Below, one piece after another: positions 27,088-42,029 of a stretch of DNA of 64,000 nt (the stretch's first letter is position 1; each line of letters starts with the position of its first letter). This DNA comes from Octopus vulgaris (Eukaryota): NCBI GenBank assembly GCA_951406725.2, contig OX597836.1:45756001-45820000 (forward strand), in the 5' to 3' direction. The translations under genes and the position numbers were made by a program. Under the pieces are notes generated by a model, which did no database searches, had not been told where the DNA came from, and was given only the letters and a program-made list of their open reading frames with translations.

Positions 27088-27489
27088 CGTACACATATAT
27101 GCTGCCCCCACTCACAAACTACTATAAAATCAGTATTTACTAAGAAATATATTTAGTTTTAAACTAATTCACTCTACTTCGATCGGAGATTCAACTTTCA
27201 GTTGAATGGTAAATTCCAAAATGCATTGAAAGATGTAGTTTTAGTAAATATAACAAAACAGTCACTTAACTCATAAAAAATAATTCATTAAACACTTCTG
27301 GGACTCTTTTAATTTAGCACAATTTTAATAGTTTTATATCTGTGTCCTGAGGGTTTGGGAGGAATCATTAAATGGTTGTTAATCAATCGATCTCTTTTGC
27401 TCTTTATGTTCCTCACTCTGTATTCCTATATCATTCTCTTTGTCTCTCCCTCTCTCTCTTTCTCTCTGGTTCGGTTATACAACATACAA

Positions 27490-27716
27490 CTCTTTTACTC
27501 TTTTACTCTTTTACTCTTTTTACTTGTTTCAGTCATTTGACTGCGGCGATGCTGGAGCACCGCCTTTAATCGAGCAACTCGACCCCGGGACTTATTCTTT
27601 TGTAAGCCCAACACTTATTCTATCGTTCTCTTTTGCCGAACCGCTAAGTAACGGGGACATAAACACACCAGCATCGGTTGTCAAGCAATGCTAGGAGGAC
27701 AAACGCAGACACACAA

Positions 27717-27811
<95 letters not shown>

Positions 27812-28002
27812 CATACATACATACATACATACATACATACGACGGGCTTCTTTCAGTTTCTGTCTACCAATTCCACTCACAAGGCTTTGGTCGGCCCGAG
27901 GCTATAGTAGAAGACACTTGCCCAAGGTGCCACGCAGTGGGACAGAACCCGGAACCTTGTGGTTGGTAAACAAGCTACTTACCACTCAGCCATTCCTGCG
28001 CC
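27490..28002 (-). mobile_element. SINE family A with expanded internal (TA)n
   Basis: Reverse full copy. Confidence 0.85.
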
Positions 28003-28065
28003 AGCATACACTAATATACTAATACGCCATTTTATTTTATTAATAGCAGAGAGAATGTTTTTTCA

Positions 28066-28119
<54 letters not shown>

Positions 28120-28322
28120 AAATGGCAGAGACGGAAAATGGAATACACGAAAAAATTAATTGCTCATTTCCCGTGTATTCCATTTTCCGTCTCTATCATT
28201 TGTTATATATACTCTGAGGAATTCCCGAGGTAGATCCAGTGGTAATCGTCTAATTACCGTGTATAATGTCAGGTAGCCATAGGTATGAACGTGCTTTTTC
28301 TGCGTGCTATTAGAAACATATA

Positions 28323-28474
<152 letters not shown>

Positions 28475-28729
28475 AATATAAAAGTAGTGGTTGTGTGGTA
28501 AGAAGCTGGTTTCCCAACCACATGGTTCCGGGTTCAGTCCCACTGCGTGGTACCTTGGGCAAGTGTCTTTTACTATAGCCTCGGGCCGACCAAAGCCTTG
28601 TGAGTGGATTTGGTAGACGGAAACTGAAAGAAGTCCGTCGTATATATGTATATATATGTGAATGAATGTATTTGTTATTTGTGTCTGTGTTTGTCCCCCT
28701 CACCATCGCTTGAAACCGATGTTGGTGTG

Positions 28730-28990
28730 TTACGTGCTTAGATCTTGGGTGCATACAGGTGGTGTTATATTTATTTTTCTGCTTAAACAGAGTGTTGGTT
28801 ACAATCAGATTATTCTCAGTACAAAACGTCAAAAGAGTTACTCCATTTTTATTATATTCTCCAATCCCAATTCGACCTAAAACAGGGCATGAAACATAGT
28901 CCTTTCCAACTCTTGCATTGAAATCTCCCTATATGACTAGCTTGTCAGAAATTGGTGCTTTCCTCAAGAATTGTGCTAGATCATCATAGT
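28730..28990 (-). pseudogene. RTE-type LINE AP endonuclease fragment
   Basis: GDFNARVGK ... NGVTLLTFCTENNLIVTNTLFKQK...MHPRSKH. Confidence 0.78.
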
Positions 28991-29547
28991 AAAAATCGTA
29001 AATGAGTTCGCAGACGTATTCATATCACATGATTTCGAACCCTGTAATAAACACTTAGTCCTGATTAGTGCATATTACTGCCGAGGGCTAAATATACCCG
29101 CATTACCATGTGGGTATTGACCATATGAATGTAGCGGCAAATTCAAAATGATCGAAGTGAATAAAATTATAAAAATATATTAAGATATTATTATTAATAA
29201 ATAATAATATTTATTAGTGGCTAGCAAGTAGAAAATAATGCAAAAGGTAAAATTATTAATTTATAGTCAGGGTACTAGAAAGTACACGGCATTGCTAGGA
29301 GTTCAAATGGCTCAAGAACCACAGTAAACTAGTAAGTTGTGGTTTTTTATATACTAGTTTTTTTGAATTCACCAGTGTGAATAAATGATTTACTGTGGTT
29401 CTTGAGCAATTTGAATCCTTATTCCTAGCAAAGCTATATACTATCTTGTACATAATGAAATAATTTTATTTTCAAATGCAGAATAATGCTAATAATATAG
29501 CATGAACAGGATAAACTATCCATATTTTGCAGTAAAAAAACGTCTGT

Positions 29548-29618
29548 GGTCAGCCATGAGATTCGAACTCACATCCTTGTGATTACGCGTCAAGTGCTTT
29601 ACAATTAAGCTAAACTTT
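29548..29618 (-). pseudogene. tRNA-like sequence (Thr-CGT-like), degenerate
   Basis: tagcttaattgtaaagca D arm, cttga-cgCGTaa-tca anticodon arm and gtgagttcgaatctcat T arm. The acceptor stem pairs poorly. Confidence 0.55.
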
Positions 29619-30039
29619 CTAGCGACAAATCCGTGTGAAATTTTATATATAAATCTAGCTTTATAAGACACTATAGTACGTTAAATTGAATTTACAGGTT
29701 GAAAGTTAACAAAGTTTGCTTTAGAAGCGTTGAGATGTACTGAAAAGTACAGATAAGGAAATAATTTTTATTCTCAAACGTAGATTTCTGCAAAATATAG
29801 ATAATTTATCCTGTTCATTCTATGATAGGTGAATAAACAACAGACATGTGTATTAGTTTGACGTTCGGGAAGGTGAGAAAGTCTTCACGTTTCGTGCCTG
29901 CGCTCTTCAACAGAAAGGAATATGCAGAACTAAACAAAGAGAGGATATCTTGCGTGTGAGAATAAAATTATTTTCTTATCTGTATCTTTCAATACATCTC
30001 AACGCTTCTAAAGCAAACTTAGTTGACTTTCAACGTAAG

Positions 30040-30096
<57 letters not shown>

Positions 30097-30606
30097 TTTT
30101 GTGTATAGAGATACCTCTAAAAGGATGTTGCCGGTTTAATCTTATATATCGATGTAATAGTTCAACAGTCCAGTAGAACTTAATAGTATTGGTGTTTATT
30201 GTTTAAATAGGCACCAATTAAGTATATTACGGACTTCAATGATTAATACATTTCGATATAATATATTATAAGGAAAAAAGGAGAGTTTTAACTGATAAAA
30301 TTTACCTTTTGTCAATTTTCTTTGTAATCTACAGTTGTTTTATAGTTACCTCAATCAATTACAAATTAATAAATTAAAAATTAAAAAACTTGGATCTTGA
30401 AATAGCGAGTTAAATATTTCCTCAGAGTAACAATTAGACACATATAAGACTCACATCATAAACGAACGGGTGATGGTCGACAGATTTATCATGGCAATAA
30501 TCTTTGAGTGCTAACTTTGGAAACAATTATAGGTTACAGAGAATTTTGACAAAATGTAAATAAATTGAATTTTATCAGTTAAAACTCTCCATTTCTATAT
30601 ATATAT

Positions 30607-30678
<72 letters not shown>

Positions 30679-31589
30679 ATATGAAATACACATGTGTGTA
30701 TGTGTGTGTATTCGCTTTTCACGTGAAAACGGCTGCACGAATTGCTTCCATACATGGGATGCATGAATAATTTGACTTCGGATACATAATAGGGTTGATT
30801 TTTTCTTATTAAAAAATAAATAATATTGCTTTCTATATATGATTGATTGTTTTAAAAATGTTTCTCACTGTCAACTTGCGGTACTGAGAGAGCAACGGCG
30901 AAGTTTTCCGTTTTCATTTGCAAAATCTCTCACTCTCTATTTTAATGTTTTCATTTCAAGTTTTCATTCGCTATTTGCAAATAACTCTGTTAAATTACTG
31001 TAAGAAATATTTGCTAAGTTCACAAATTTAAATATTCGGTGGAAACGAGCTTTTATTTATACGATTTTTTCATTTCGTATTTATTTCATTCGTTGTTTGC
31101 AATGTACTCGCTCCCCACCCTCTCTCTCACACACACACAAGTCAGTCACACACGCACACGTGTGCTTTTGTACGTACGTTTGTTTAAATTTATGCATGTG
31201 TGTTTGTGTGTGTGTGTCTGTGTGTGTGTGCGAGAGAGAGAGAGGGGGAGAAAGAGAGAGTGAGTCAGACAATGGGTCTGTTGTCATGTATACGTACCTA
31301 CATAAATATATATGCATACATCATTTTTGTATGTATGTATGTGTGTATGAGAGAAACAGAGATGTTTAAGTGGCAATCTCTCTCTCACACACACATGCAC
31401 ACATGCATACAAAAATGACACACACATACACACAAAGTATTCATGTATGTACGTATACATGACAACACACGTCTTCTCTCTCTCTCTATCTCTTACACAC
31501 GTCCATGTCACCTGATGTTTGATACTATATGTTTATATGTGTGTATGCGTGGGGCGTTCCACAATCGCCATTGATTTCATTCTCTCTTG

Positions 31590-32009
31590 TGAAGATATTC
31601 ACGTAACTCATTTTGTCATTTAATCCCCATTTTAATTTTCGAAAAAGTTTCCGAGAACAATGTTCTCACTCTCTGCAAGAGGAGACGGGTAGAAGTAGAT
31701 GATAAGTATTCTACAGGGAAGCAAAGACGAATACAAGTAGCCAGAGTCAAGGCTGAATTCAGCAACTCTGTTTGCTGTATCAAGTATGTTTGCAAATATA
31801 TAAACAAAGGTTTAGATGCTGCAACACACACTCTTAAAAATGACGAAGATGCAAGCGTGGCTGTCTGGTAGAAGCTTGCTTCCCAACCACTTGGTTCTGG
31901 GTCCAGTCCCTCTGCGTGGCACCTTGGGCAAGTGTCTTCTACTATAGCTTCGGGCCAACTAAAGCCTTGCGAGTGGATTTAGTAGACGGAAACTGAAAGA
32001 AGCCCGTCG

Positions 32010-32044
<35 letters not shown>

Positions 32045-34506
32045 GTGTGTGTTTTTGTGTCTTTGTGTTTGTTTGTCACCCCACCATCGACGTTGATGCG
32101 TTTACGTCCCCATAACTTAGCGGTTCTACAAAAGAAACCGATAGAATAAGTACCAGGTTTACAAATAATATGTCCAGGGGTTGATTTCTTCGACTAAAAG
32201 GCGGTGCTCCAGTATGGCCACAGTCAAAATGACTGAAACAAGTAAAAAAAATTAACGAAGAATACACTGTATGACAGAGGGCGATACGTCAGTACCAATG
32301 AGGCTTTTTGGTGCAGCGTTAATTTTGCCATTCATGAGAAGCACCCAGCCAACATCTATCTGAGTTTCTATCTAGAGAATGGCCACAGCGTTAACAAAAC
32401 AAACAGCCTTTCATGAAAGTCTTTCTCCAAGAGAAACTACTCTTACTGCCTTTTTCAAGTTGCAAGAAAACTCCTTTACCCACAATTACCCAAGTAATTA
32501 CCTGAACAATTACCCAAATATTAGACCTGAAAAAACAATATTTGGCGCAAGAGGAAATGTGGGGCTGACGCTCTTGTAAGAGTTTACAGTGTCCCTACCA
32601 AGCCAAGTAGAATGCTATTACTTACGGATCCTTTAGAATGAAGTACGTGGTCCCAAATCATTCCAAGATTCGAGGAGGGTAAATGGTCATGTGTGTGAAA
32701 TTTATAGGGAGGCATGCTATCAGCAAGGTTTTTTTTTTTAAATGATGAGCATTGATTGAAGCATCAGTATCAGATTCTCCAAGGAAACTCTAACCGTTTT
32801 GCAATTATACTGAACATGTGTCAGTCTCCCCTGGTCTTTGGATGAAACATCGTGAGGACATGGCTGAGGACTTAAAGTATGCCGTTCAGTAGGCAAACCC
32901 CAGGTATCAATATTCAGTTCTCTGAAACAATTTTTAATCAAACACTGATTGAAACTGAGGATCAAATTCTGGCTATGGGAGGCAAATATTTGCAAGGTGA
33001 TTGCTCTGAACTGCCAAAATCAAACCGTCAAATTGGTGATTTAACTTCAAGAGACATAGCTAGAGGGACAAATTATGACATCACAGACTTTGTGAATGAA
33101 CATAAACTTAAACTTCTTCCAGAACAACGCTGTGCATATGATATAATTATTTCGTTAGTCAGAGAAAAAATCGGAGGAATTTTCTTTCTTGATGCACCTG
33201 GTGGCACAGGTAAAACGTTTGCAACAACATTGCTTCTCTCCAAGGTAAGGCAACAAAAAAGAATTGCAGTTGCTGTAGTATCGTCTGGCATTGCTTCCAC
33301 CCTTCTCCCAGGAGGACGAACAGCTCATTCTATTTTGAAATTGCCGCTCAACCTGGTCACAAACGGCAGTCCAGTTTGTAACACAAGGTTCAGCAGAAGT
33401 GTTGCGTCAATGCCACCTGATCATTTGAGATGAATGCACCATGTCACTTACTGCTGCAATGGAAGCTCTTGATGAGACCTTACAAGACATAAGAGGCAAC
33501 AGTAAATCTATAGGAAGAATCACATTAGTTTTATCGGTAGACTTCAGATAGACATTACCAGTCATTCCGAGACGAACAAGATCTGATGAAATAAAAGCAT
33601 GCATTAAGTCTTCACACCTATGGAATAAAGTACAGAATTATCCTTCAATACTGACATGCGAGCTTTATTACACGGGGACCAATGTGCAGAACAGTCTTCA
33701 GCCTGACTCTTCCAATTAGGAAATGGGAAAGTACCATTTGATGGGAATGGTGATATCAGTTTGGCTTATATTGCTATCATGGCGAATTCCCCAGCTGAAT
33801 TGAAGAACAGGGTATTTCCAGACTTAAGTAATAATTATAATTCACATAAATGGTTGTGTGAGAGGGCAATTCTTACCCCAAGCAATGAAATAGTAGCAAT
33901 AAGGTTCCGACAGTCATTAAGGAGTACAAATCAGTTGATTCACTTCTTGATGAAAATCAAGCTGTCCATTACCCAACGGAGTTCCTTAATTCTTTTGAGC
34001 CACTTGGAACTTCTCGAAATAAACCTTTTCTGAAGATAGGTGTCCTAATAATGCTTCTAAGAAATTTAGATCCTCCTAAATTATGCAATGGCACAAGGTT
34101 GATCGTGAAGACATTATCACCTAATGTGTTAGAAACTAGCATCATCAGTAGATGTGCCTCTGGGGAAAAGGTTTTCATTCCAAGATTTCCAATCGAACCA
34201 ACAGACATGCCATTTGAGATCGAACGATCACATTTCCCAGTGCAACTTTGCTTCGCAATGTTTAAATAATAAAACTCAAAGTCAGAATTTGAAATCTACT
34301 GGCTTGCATTTAAATGAGCCTTGCTTTTCTCATGTTGATTTCTCATGTTGATTACTCCAGGGTAAGTAGTTTGCAAGACTTATTTGCCTATGCTCCAATG
34401 TAGAAAACAAAGAATGATGTTTACCCAGAAGCTCTTACGTAATTTCCTCCAACATATGTGATAGAATTAATCTCCCTTCAGAAAAGTGGTAAATTTCGTA
34501 TTTTCG

Positions 34507-34584
<78 letters not shown>

Positions 34585-34764
34585 TAATTATTAATTTTTT
34601 TACTTATTATTATTAATTTTGCCTTGTGAATTCAGAATTGAATTTCCCATTTGAAGAATAAATTGAATTTAGAATAAGAAATTTCTATACAACATATTTT
34701 GCATTTTCCTTCCAATATATAAGGAACAATTTTATTCCCGGGCAACGCCGAAGGCCTATGCTAG
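31590..34764 (+). mobile_element. Helitron Rep/PIF1-helicase pseudogene with 3' terminus
   Basis: KYVCKYINKG, FFLDAPGGTGKTF, ASTLLPGGRTAHS, DECTM, MLLRNLDPPKLCNGTRL and FPVQLCFAM, with many stops and frameshifts. Ends in cccgggcaacgccg...CTAG at 34764. Confidence 0.92.
31848..32250 (+). mobile_element. SINE family A, diverged, inside the Helitron
   Basis: Similar to the other copies. Confidence 0.8.
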
Positions 34765-35059
34765 CATATATATATATATATATATACGCACATAGACAGC
34801 ACATTATAGACCTCAGGTGGGACACATAGATGTTCCACAATTTTATAGAGAGTTTTCTCTATAAAATGTGTTTAAATATATTCTTTTACTTTTACTTGCT
34901 TGAGTTCTTTGACTGCTGGAACACCGCCTTGACAATGTGTGTTATGTATATTTTATAGAGAGCTTTCTTAATTCAATAGAGTAATTTAGTAATGTTAGTG
35001 CTCACTGCACCACTTACGTAGATATGCCCATGAACATACACGTGCACACCTACACCCCT

Positions 35060-37620
35060 CCCCAGCGCACATGGTTCAATTACATGTGTGCCACGGCACA
35101 GTGGTGTGCCGAGAGAGATTCCTGGAGTGCCGCGATAAATAATTTTGGCATTTTCGGGAATCAGCGATCCACAAACACCCACAAAGTTCGCGCGTAAATA
35201 TATTATATTAATTATATAAATCGTAAATATACATTAATTACGTTACACGACGAACAGTAGTTTTGCTGCAATATATTACATTTCTGCATTTAAACCAGGA
35301 TTGTCTGTAAGTAAATTGTTTAGTAGTTCTAGTAGTTTTTAATTTTTGATTTATTTATAATTTACATAAATTATTTTACGTTAATTTTAGTTATAGACTT
35401 TTTAATTTCAGTTAATTTTAATTTTAGTTTTAGATTTAAACATTCACAAATTTTGTTGAAACTTCAGTAAAATGAGAAAGAAAGTCATAGCAAACCAGAC
35501 GAACACCAGAATAAGAAGTCCACCTCATCAAAACAAAAATATAACAAAAATCACATCCAATATGGTTTTATATTATTGGTAAAAGAGAACTTCATTCCTT
35601 TTTGTATGGTTTGTTTAACAACACTCTCAAATGAAGCGATGGCTCACAGGGAACTTCAACATCCTTTAATAACAAATCATCCGCAACATAAGGACAAACC
35701 GAAATAATACTCTGAGATACTAAGAAATAATTTAAGAATTTAATCAAAAAGGCTGAAGAAATTTCATTCAATTTCTGAGAAATGTCAAATCGCTAATTAC
35801 AAGGTTGGAACAAAAAAAAGGAAAAAACCCACATTCTGATGTTGAAAACATTATTTTACCAACCTTGGAGATCGCCGTTGGCACAATGATAAGTAATGAA
35901 GCTGTCAAACAAATTAAGACCATTCCTTTGACTGCCAACACACGATTTCTCGTAAAATTCAAGACATTTCGCGTGACATTGATGATCAGCCCCAAGAACA
36001 TTTCACTGAGCAAAAATTAAACTCGAAACTTGTGGGTCTTACAAATCGATGAAAGTACAGACATCAGTAACAAAGCTCAACTAATTTCATTTCTACGAAT
36101 CATCAAAGGTGGTAAAATCGTAAGTCAGTTTTTTCTTTTGTTGTGAATTGAAGGAAAGAACGACAGGAGAAAATGTCTTTAAACCTGGTAAACCAAAATG
36201 TCGTATTGAGACGGATGCAGTGGCAAACTTGTATTAGCGTTTTCACTAATGGCGCTCCATCCATGCAAAGTCGAAAAAGGGCTTCGTGGCTCATATATTA
36301 CAAAATCCATAAGTTAAAGTTGTACATTGTTGTTGTTTGTTCCTTCTTGAGCCGTGCCTTGCTCATAAGGGCCGGTTTCCCGGTTTCCTTGGCGTATAGG
36401 TTCCCCAACGGGACGGGACGCCGGTCCATCGCAGGTGAGCTGCAAGATGCAGGAGGAAAGAGTGAGAGAAAGTTGTGGCGAAAGTGTCAGCAGAAGTTCG
36501 CCATTACCTTCTGCCGGAGCCGCGTGAAGCTTAGGTGTTTCGCTCATAAATACACACATCGCCCGGTCTGAGATTCGAACCCGCGATCTCTCGACCATGA
36601 GTCCGCTGCTCTAACCACTACGCCATGTGCCTCCACAAAATTGTATATTGCATAATTTACCGCGAGGTTTTGGTGTTAAAAATCTCTACCTGATGGTCTC
36701 CTGAAGACGATGGACAACGTTGTTAAAGTGGTGAATTGCATAAAATCGCATTCCCTTCGGTGCAGACTTTTGCATTCCTATGTGAAAGTATGGGTTCTGA
36801 TTTTTAAGTGTTTACTGCTTCATACAGAAGTGCGATGTCTCTCGAAAGGAAAAGGGCTCTCTCGATTTATCTCTTTGCGAACCGAAATAATATTTTTCTT
36901 CGATGCTGAAAACTCTGGATTTGAATTTCTTAACGAAGATAATTGGTGACTGGAAGTAGCATTTCTCATCGATCTTTCTGAGAAGTTGAACGTTTTAAAT
37001 TTGAATCTGCAAGGAGCGAACGAAAATATTATTACAATTACAGGTAAATTAAAGTCTTTCAACGACAAGTTAGAAATGTGGATAAGGAAAGTTAAAAACA
37101 CGCTGTTAAAAAACTTCTTCCCAGGCGTTGAGGCTTTGCCAAACAAATTAACGATTTTGTCAGAAACGCAGAAAACCATCTCTGTATCATTTTCTAACTA
37201 TTTTCCATCACTTGATTATGAAATACACGAGTGGATTATCAATCCTTTCGCAAGATACGACACTACACAATTGTCATTAACATTAATAGAAGAAAATTTA
37301 GTTGACTTAAAAAACTATCCCGTCTACAAAGCCTCATTTTCTTTGCTAGAATTCTCAGAATTTTGGATTTCGTTTTGGAGCCAATATACTCGATTAGCTA
37401 TTACAGCTGTTAAGTCTCTGTTGCCCTTTGGATCACCGTATCTTTGCGAATTAGGTATTTCTGCGCTTATGGAAATGAAGTCAAAACACGGGAACGATTC
37501 CAAATGGTAGATGAGGAGTTACATATTTATCTAATTTAGAGCCGTGTTTTGACAAAATTCTTTCTCAAAATCAATTGCATCCTTCTCACTAAAAACATTA
37601 TTATTGTATTATTTTACCTA
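35060..37620 (+). mobile_element. hAT (Charlie/Buster-like) transposon, decayed
   Basis: LQIDESTDISNKAQL, FTNGAPSM, LLLHTEVRCLSKG, LLPFGSPYLCELGISAL and terminal QLHPSH*. The left end has gtgccacggcac-type subterminal motifs. Confidence 0.88.
36330..36636 (-). mobile_element. SINE, family B variant, inserted in the hAT transposase
   Basis: tRNA-like head (gggttcgaatct). Imperfect TSD aaagttgtacattg / aaaattgtatattg. Confidence 0.75.
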
Positions 37621-37654
37621 TATTTCAAGTATGAAATTTGTAGAAAAGGAAAAA

Positions 37655-38830
37655 CACTTTCCTAATATTTTATAAATACAAGGAATAGTTTTATTCATCA
37701 AAGTATGCACCCATATTGTCAATACAGTTTTGCCATTTCAGCGGTAGCTTGTCCAACTCGGAACTATAAAAGCCTGGCAATCTAGAGTCAATAAAATCTT
37801 GGAAGACCTGTTTTATCCAAATTCTGGAAGAAGTGATAGTCAGTGGGGACAAGATCAGGTGAGTATGGTGGACGATGGAGAACTTCCAACTCCAACTCCT
37901 GTAGTTTCGTCAATATCATTTTTGCGATGTGTGGTTTAGTATTGTCTTGCAATAAAATAGAAGTGGATCTGTTGACTAACCTAGGCTGTTTTTGTTGTAA
38001 GTTTCTGCATCATTTGGTCCAGTTGGCCGCAGAATACTTCGGCCGTGACTGATGAGCCAGGTTTAATGAAATCATAATGGATCACACCTGAGCTAGACCA
38101 CCAAACACACGACTAGCTTCTTTTGATGAATTTTGCTTTTTGGACTGTGTTGTGGTGGCTCGTCTTTGTCCAGCCATTGCGCCGAATATTTACGGTTGTT
38201 GTACTGCATCAATTTCTCATCCCATGTTACAATTCGATTCAAAAATGGTTCATTTTTATGACGAGAAAGTAGCAGAATGTAGGCTTGCAGACGTTGCTGT
38301 TTCTGATTTTCATTGAGTTCATGTGGAACCCACTTATCCAACCTTTTCACTTTACTGATTTGAACTAGGTGAGTCAATATTGTTTGCTTGCTAACACCAA
38401 ACGACAACGATAATTCGCGGGCACTTTGAGATGGATCTGACTCGACAGTGGCTTTCAGTTCGTCATTATCAATCTATCTTTCTAGTCGACCGCGTTGCTC
38501 TTTTGTGAGGTCAAAGTTACCACTACGAAATTTTGCAAACTAATTTGTGTAATAACATTAGAATGAAACACTCCATTAATATTCCGAGCTGTCTGTGATG
38601 CTGCATTTTCAAGAAAGATCTCATATTTCAAAACTGTACAAATTTCCGACTTATCCATCTCTAAACAAAACTAGCAAAAATCGGTTTATAAATATTTTAT
38701 AAAGCGCAAAATGAGTAAGAATAAAGAAATAGATGTCAGCTTTCTAACAAAAAATAAATATTGCCAAAATATAATAACAGCACAAAATGAGCAGCTGTCA
38801 AAGTTTACCATATACCTTTCTACAAATTTC
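37655..38830 (-). mobile_element. mariner (DD34D) transposase pseudogene
   Basis: KWVPHEL, RIVTWDEK, LQDNTKPH and PPYSPDLVPTDY motifs, frameshifted. Confidence 0.88.
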
Positions 38831-38842
38831 ATACTTGACGAC

Positions 38843-38902
<60 letters not shown>

Positions 38903-39425
38903 CTTTTTAATCCGAGGGGAGGCAATGTGAGGAGCAACTACAAGAACACTACAAGATCCACAGAAAGATCAAACACATACATATATTCATATATTCATTT
39001 ATATCTACAGAACAGATATAAAGCCCGACGTTCAAAAATATAGTAAAATATAAATATATAAACATCATATAAAAATATATGAATATATAAGAATCAATGT
39101 TGCATATATAACACCTTGAATTTACGTTTAAACTCGTAAAACATTTGGTATAAATTTGTTGAATTAAAAATTTGGGGTAATAAAACACAAAATGACATTA
39201 AAATGACGAATTAAAATTCCAGAAAATACAGAAAAGATAAATATACAAATTTACAAAAATACATAAGATATACATAAAATACTTACATACATACATACAT
39301 TCACACATACATACATGCATACATACATACATATACATGCATGCATGCATGCATACATACATACATACATGCATACATACATACATACATACATACATAC
39401 ATACATACATGCATACATACATACA

Positions 39426-39457
<32 letters not shown>

Positions 39458-39548
39458 CATTCACACATACATACATACATACATATATACATACATTCAC
39501 ACATACATAATACATACATACATACATACATACATTCACACATACATA

Positions 39549-39595
<47 letters not shown>

Positions 39596-40141
39596 CATAC
39601 ATATATTCATTTGTGTGTGTGTGTGTTAGTCCGTGTAGGTGTCTGAGTTCATTTATGCATGTGCATGTATGTTGTGTGTGAGTGTGTATGTGTGTTTAAC
39701 CGTGTATGTTGTGTGTGTGTGTGTGTGTGTATGTTATGTGTGTGTGTGTAGTATTTTATCGGCAAAATGCATCAAGAAACCTTCGCGATAAACACCTCTC
39801 CCCCCGATCAACAGATCGACGCTCAAAATACCTTGTGGTATTTGTTTTAGCCACAATTCTCGACTGTCCCTCATCACTCTCTCTCTGTCATGGATTCACT
39901 GAACCATATCCTGCTCCGTTCCGGTTCATCTTTATGCAACAACACTAACGTTGACCAATGAAGATATAATAGGAAAATACAGAAATACAGAAAATAAAGC
40001 GAAACTAATACATAACTGAGAAAAATCTTGGGTGAAATTACGGTGGAACGTGACCAGATTATCTTCTGCTATTCTTGTATTCTTTTATTCTCTTATTCTT
40101 TTATTCTCTTATTCTTTTATTCTCTTATTCTTTTACTTTAC

Positions 40142-40541
40142 TCTCTTTTAACTCTTTTACTTGCTTCTGTCATTTGACTGCGGCCATGCTGGGGCACCGC
40201 CTTTAGTCGAGCAACTCGACCCCGGGACTTATTCTTTTGTAAGCCCAGTACTTATTCTATCGGTCTCTTTTGCCGAACCGCTAAGTGACGGCGACATAAA
40301 CACACCACCATCGGTTGTCAAGCAATGCTAGGGGGACAAACACAGACACACAAACATACACGCACATACATATATATACATATATACGACGGGCTTCTTT
40401 CAGTTTCCGTCTACCAAATCCACTCACAAGGCATTGGTCGACCCGGGGCTATAGTAGAAGACACTTACCCAAGGTGCCACGCAGTGGGACTGAACCCGGA
40501 ACCATGTGGCTGGTAAACAAGCTACTTACCACACATCCACT
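40142..40541 (-). mobile_element. SINE family A
   Basis: Reverse full copy. Confidence 0.85.
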
Positions 40542-40944
40542 CAGTCTTTTGACTGCGGCTATGCTGGAGCACCGCCTTAAAGGGTTTTGCGTGTGTACAC
40601 TTGAGCACGCGCGCGTGCGTATGCGCATGTGCAAGCACATGCGTGTGCGTGCATGCACTCACTGGTATGCAGGCGTACATGCATGCGGATATATGTACAT
40701 ATGAATGAATACGCATGTGTGTGTGTGTATGTATGCGTGTATGTATGTGCATGTATGCGTATGCGTGCGTGTGTGTATGTGCGCGCGCCTGCTACTTCGT
40801 GGGAGTGAACTCGGAGCCATGTAGTTCGGAAGTAAGCTTCTTAACACACATCCACGTCGACAATAACAATGACGATGGCCGGAAGTGTCGATTTTGACGT
40901 ATGAATGTTTGCTGGGGAGGATTTACCAAAAGATGAAAAGAAAT

Positions 40945-40946
<2 letters not shown>

Positions 40947-41002
<56 letters not shown>

Positions 41003-41645
41003 GGAGAGAGAGAAAGGGAGAGAGAGAGATGAGAAAGAGAGAGGGGGAGAGAGAAAGGGAGAGAGAGAAAGGGAGAGAGAGAAAGGGAGAGAGAGATGAG
41101 AAAGAGAGAGAGAGAAAGGGAGAGAGAGATGAGAGAGAGAAAGGGAGAGAGAGATGAGAAAGAGAGAGGGGGAGAGAGAAAGGGAGAGAGAGAAAGGGAG
41201 AGAGAGAAAGGGAGAGAGAGAAAGGGAGAGAGAGAAAGGGAGAGAGAGATGAGAGAGAGAAAGGGAGAGAGAGAAAGGGAGAGAGAGATGGGAAAGAGAG
41301 AGAGAGAAAGGGAGAGAGAGATGAGAGAGAGAAAGGGAGAGAGAGATGAGAGAGAGAAAGGGAGAGAGAGAAAGGGAGAGAGAGAAAGGGAGAGAGAGAT
41401 GAGAAAGAGAGAGGGGGAGAGAGAAAGGGAGAGAGAGAAAGGGAGAGAGAGAAAGGGAGAGAGAGAAAGGGAGAGAGAGATGAGAAAGAGAGAGAGAGAG
41501 AAAGGGAGAGAGAGAAAGGGAGAGAGAGAAAGGGAGAGAGAGATGGGAAAGAGAGAGAGAGAGAAAGGGAGAGAGAGATGAGAGAGAGAAAGGGAGAGAG
41601 AGATGAGAAAGAGAGAGAGATGAGAAAGAGAGAGGGAGAGAGAGA
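40947..41645. repeat. GA-rich polypurine tandem array
   Basis: ~700 bp of (ga)n-aaggg / (ga)n-tgag units. Confidence 0.93.
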
Positions 41646-42029
41646 AAACAGGTTTTAAAAATTAAAGAACAAAAGAATCTGCATCTACTGCCGATGGATG
41701 CTTTCATGTAATTTGAATCCAGGCATGGATTTTGCTATGGAGGCACAATGGGGAGGGACACTGGTGGGTTTGATTTTGCCCGGGATTCGGCAAATTTATC
41801 CGTTGATTGCACGACGATATAGTTCTTATGTGGGAAGGGGCTAGTCGATTAAATCGACCAAGGTGCTCAACTGGTACTTATTTCATCGATCCTGAAGGGT
41901 GGAAAGCAAAGTCGATCTTGACGGAATCTGAACTCAGAAGGTGAAGACGGACGAAAGGCTGCTAAGCGTTTCGTCCGGCCTGCTAATGATTCTGCCTGCT
42001 CGCCGTCTTGTAATAATAATAATAACCTC

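Noticed and set aside
40841-41707. 288 aa Ser/Leu and 161 aa Arg/Glu ORFs
   Set aside because: Artefacts of the GA-rich tandem array.
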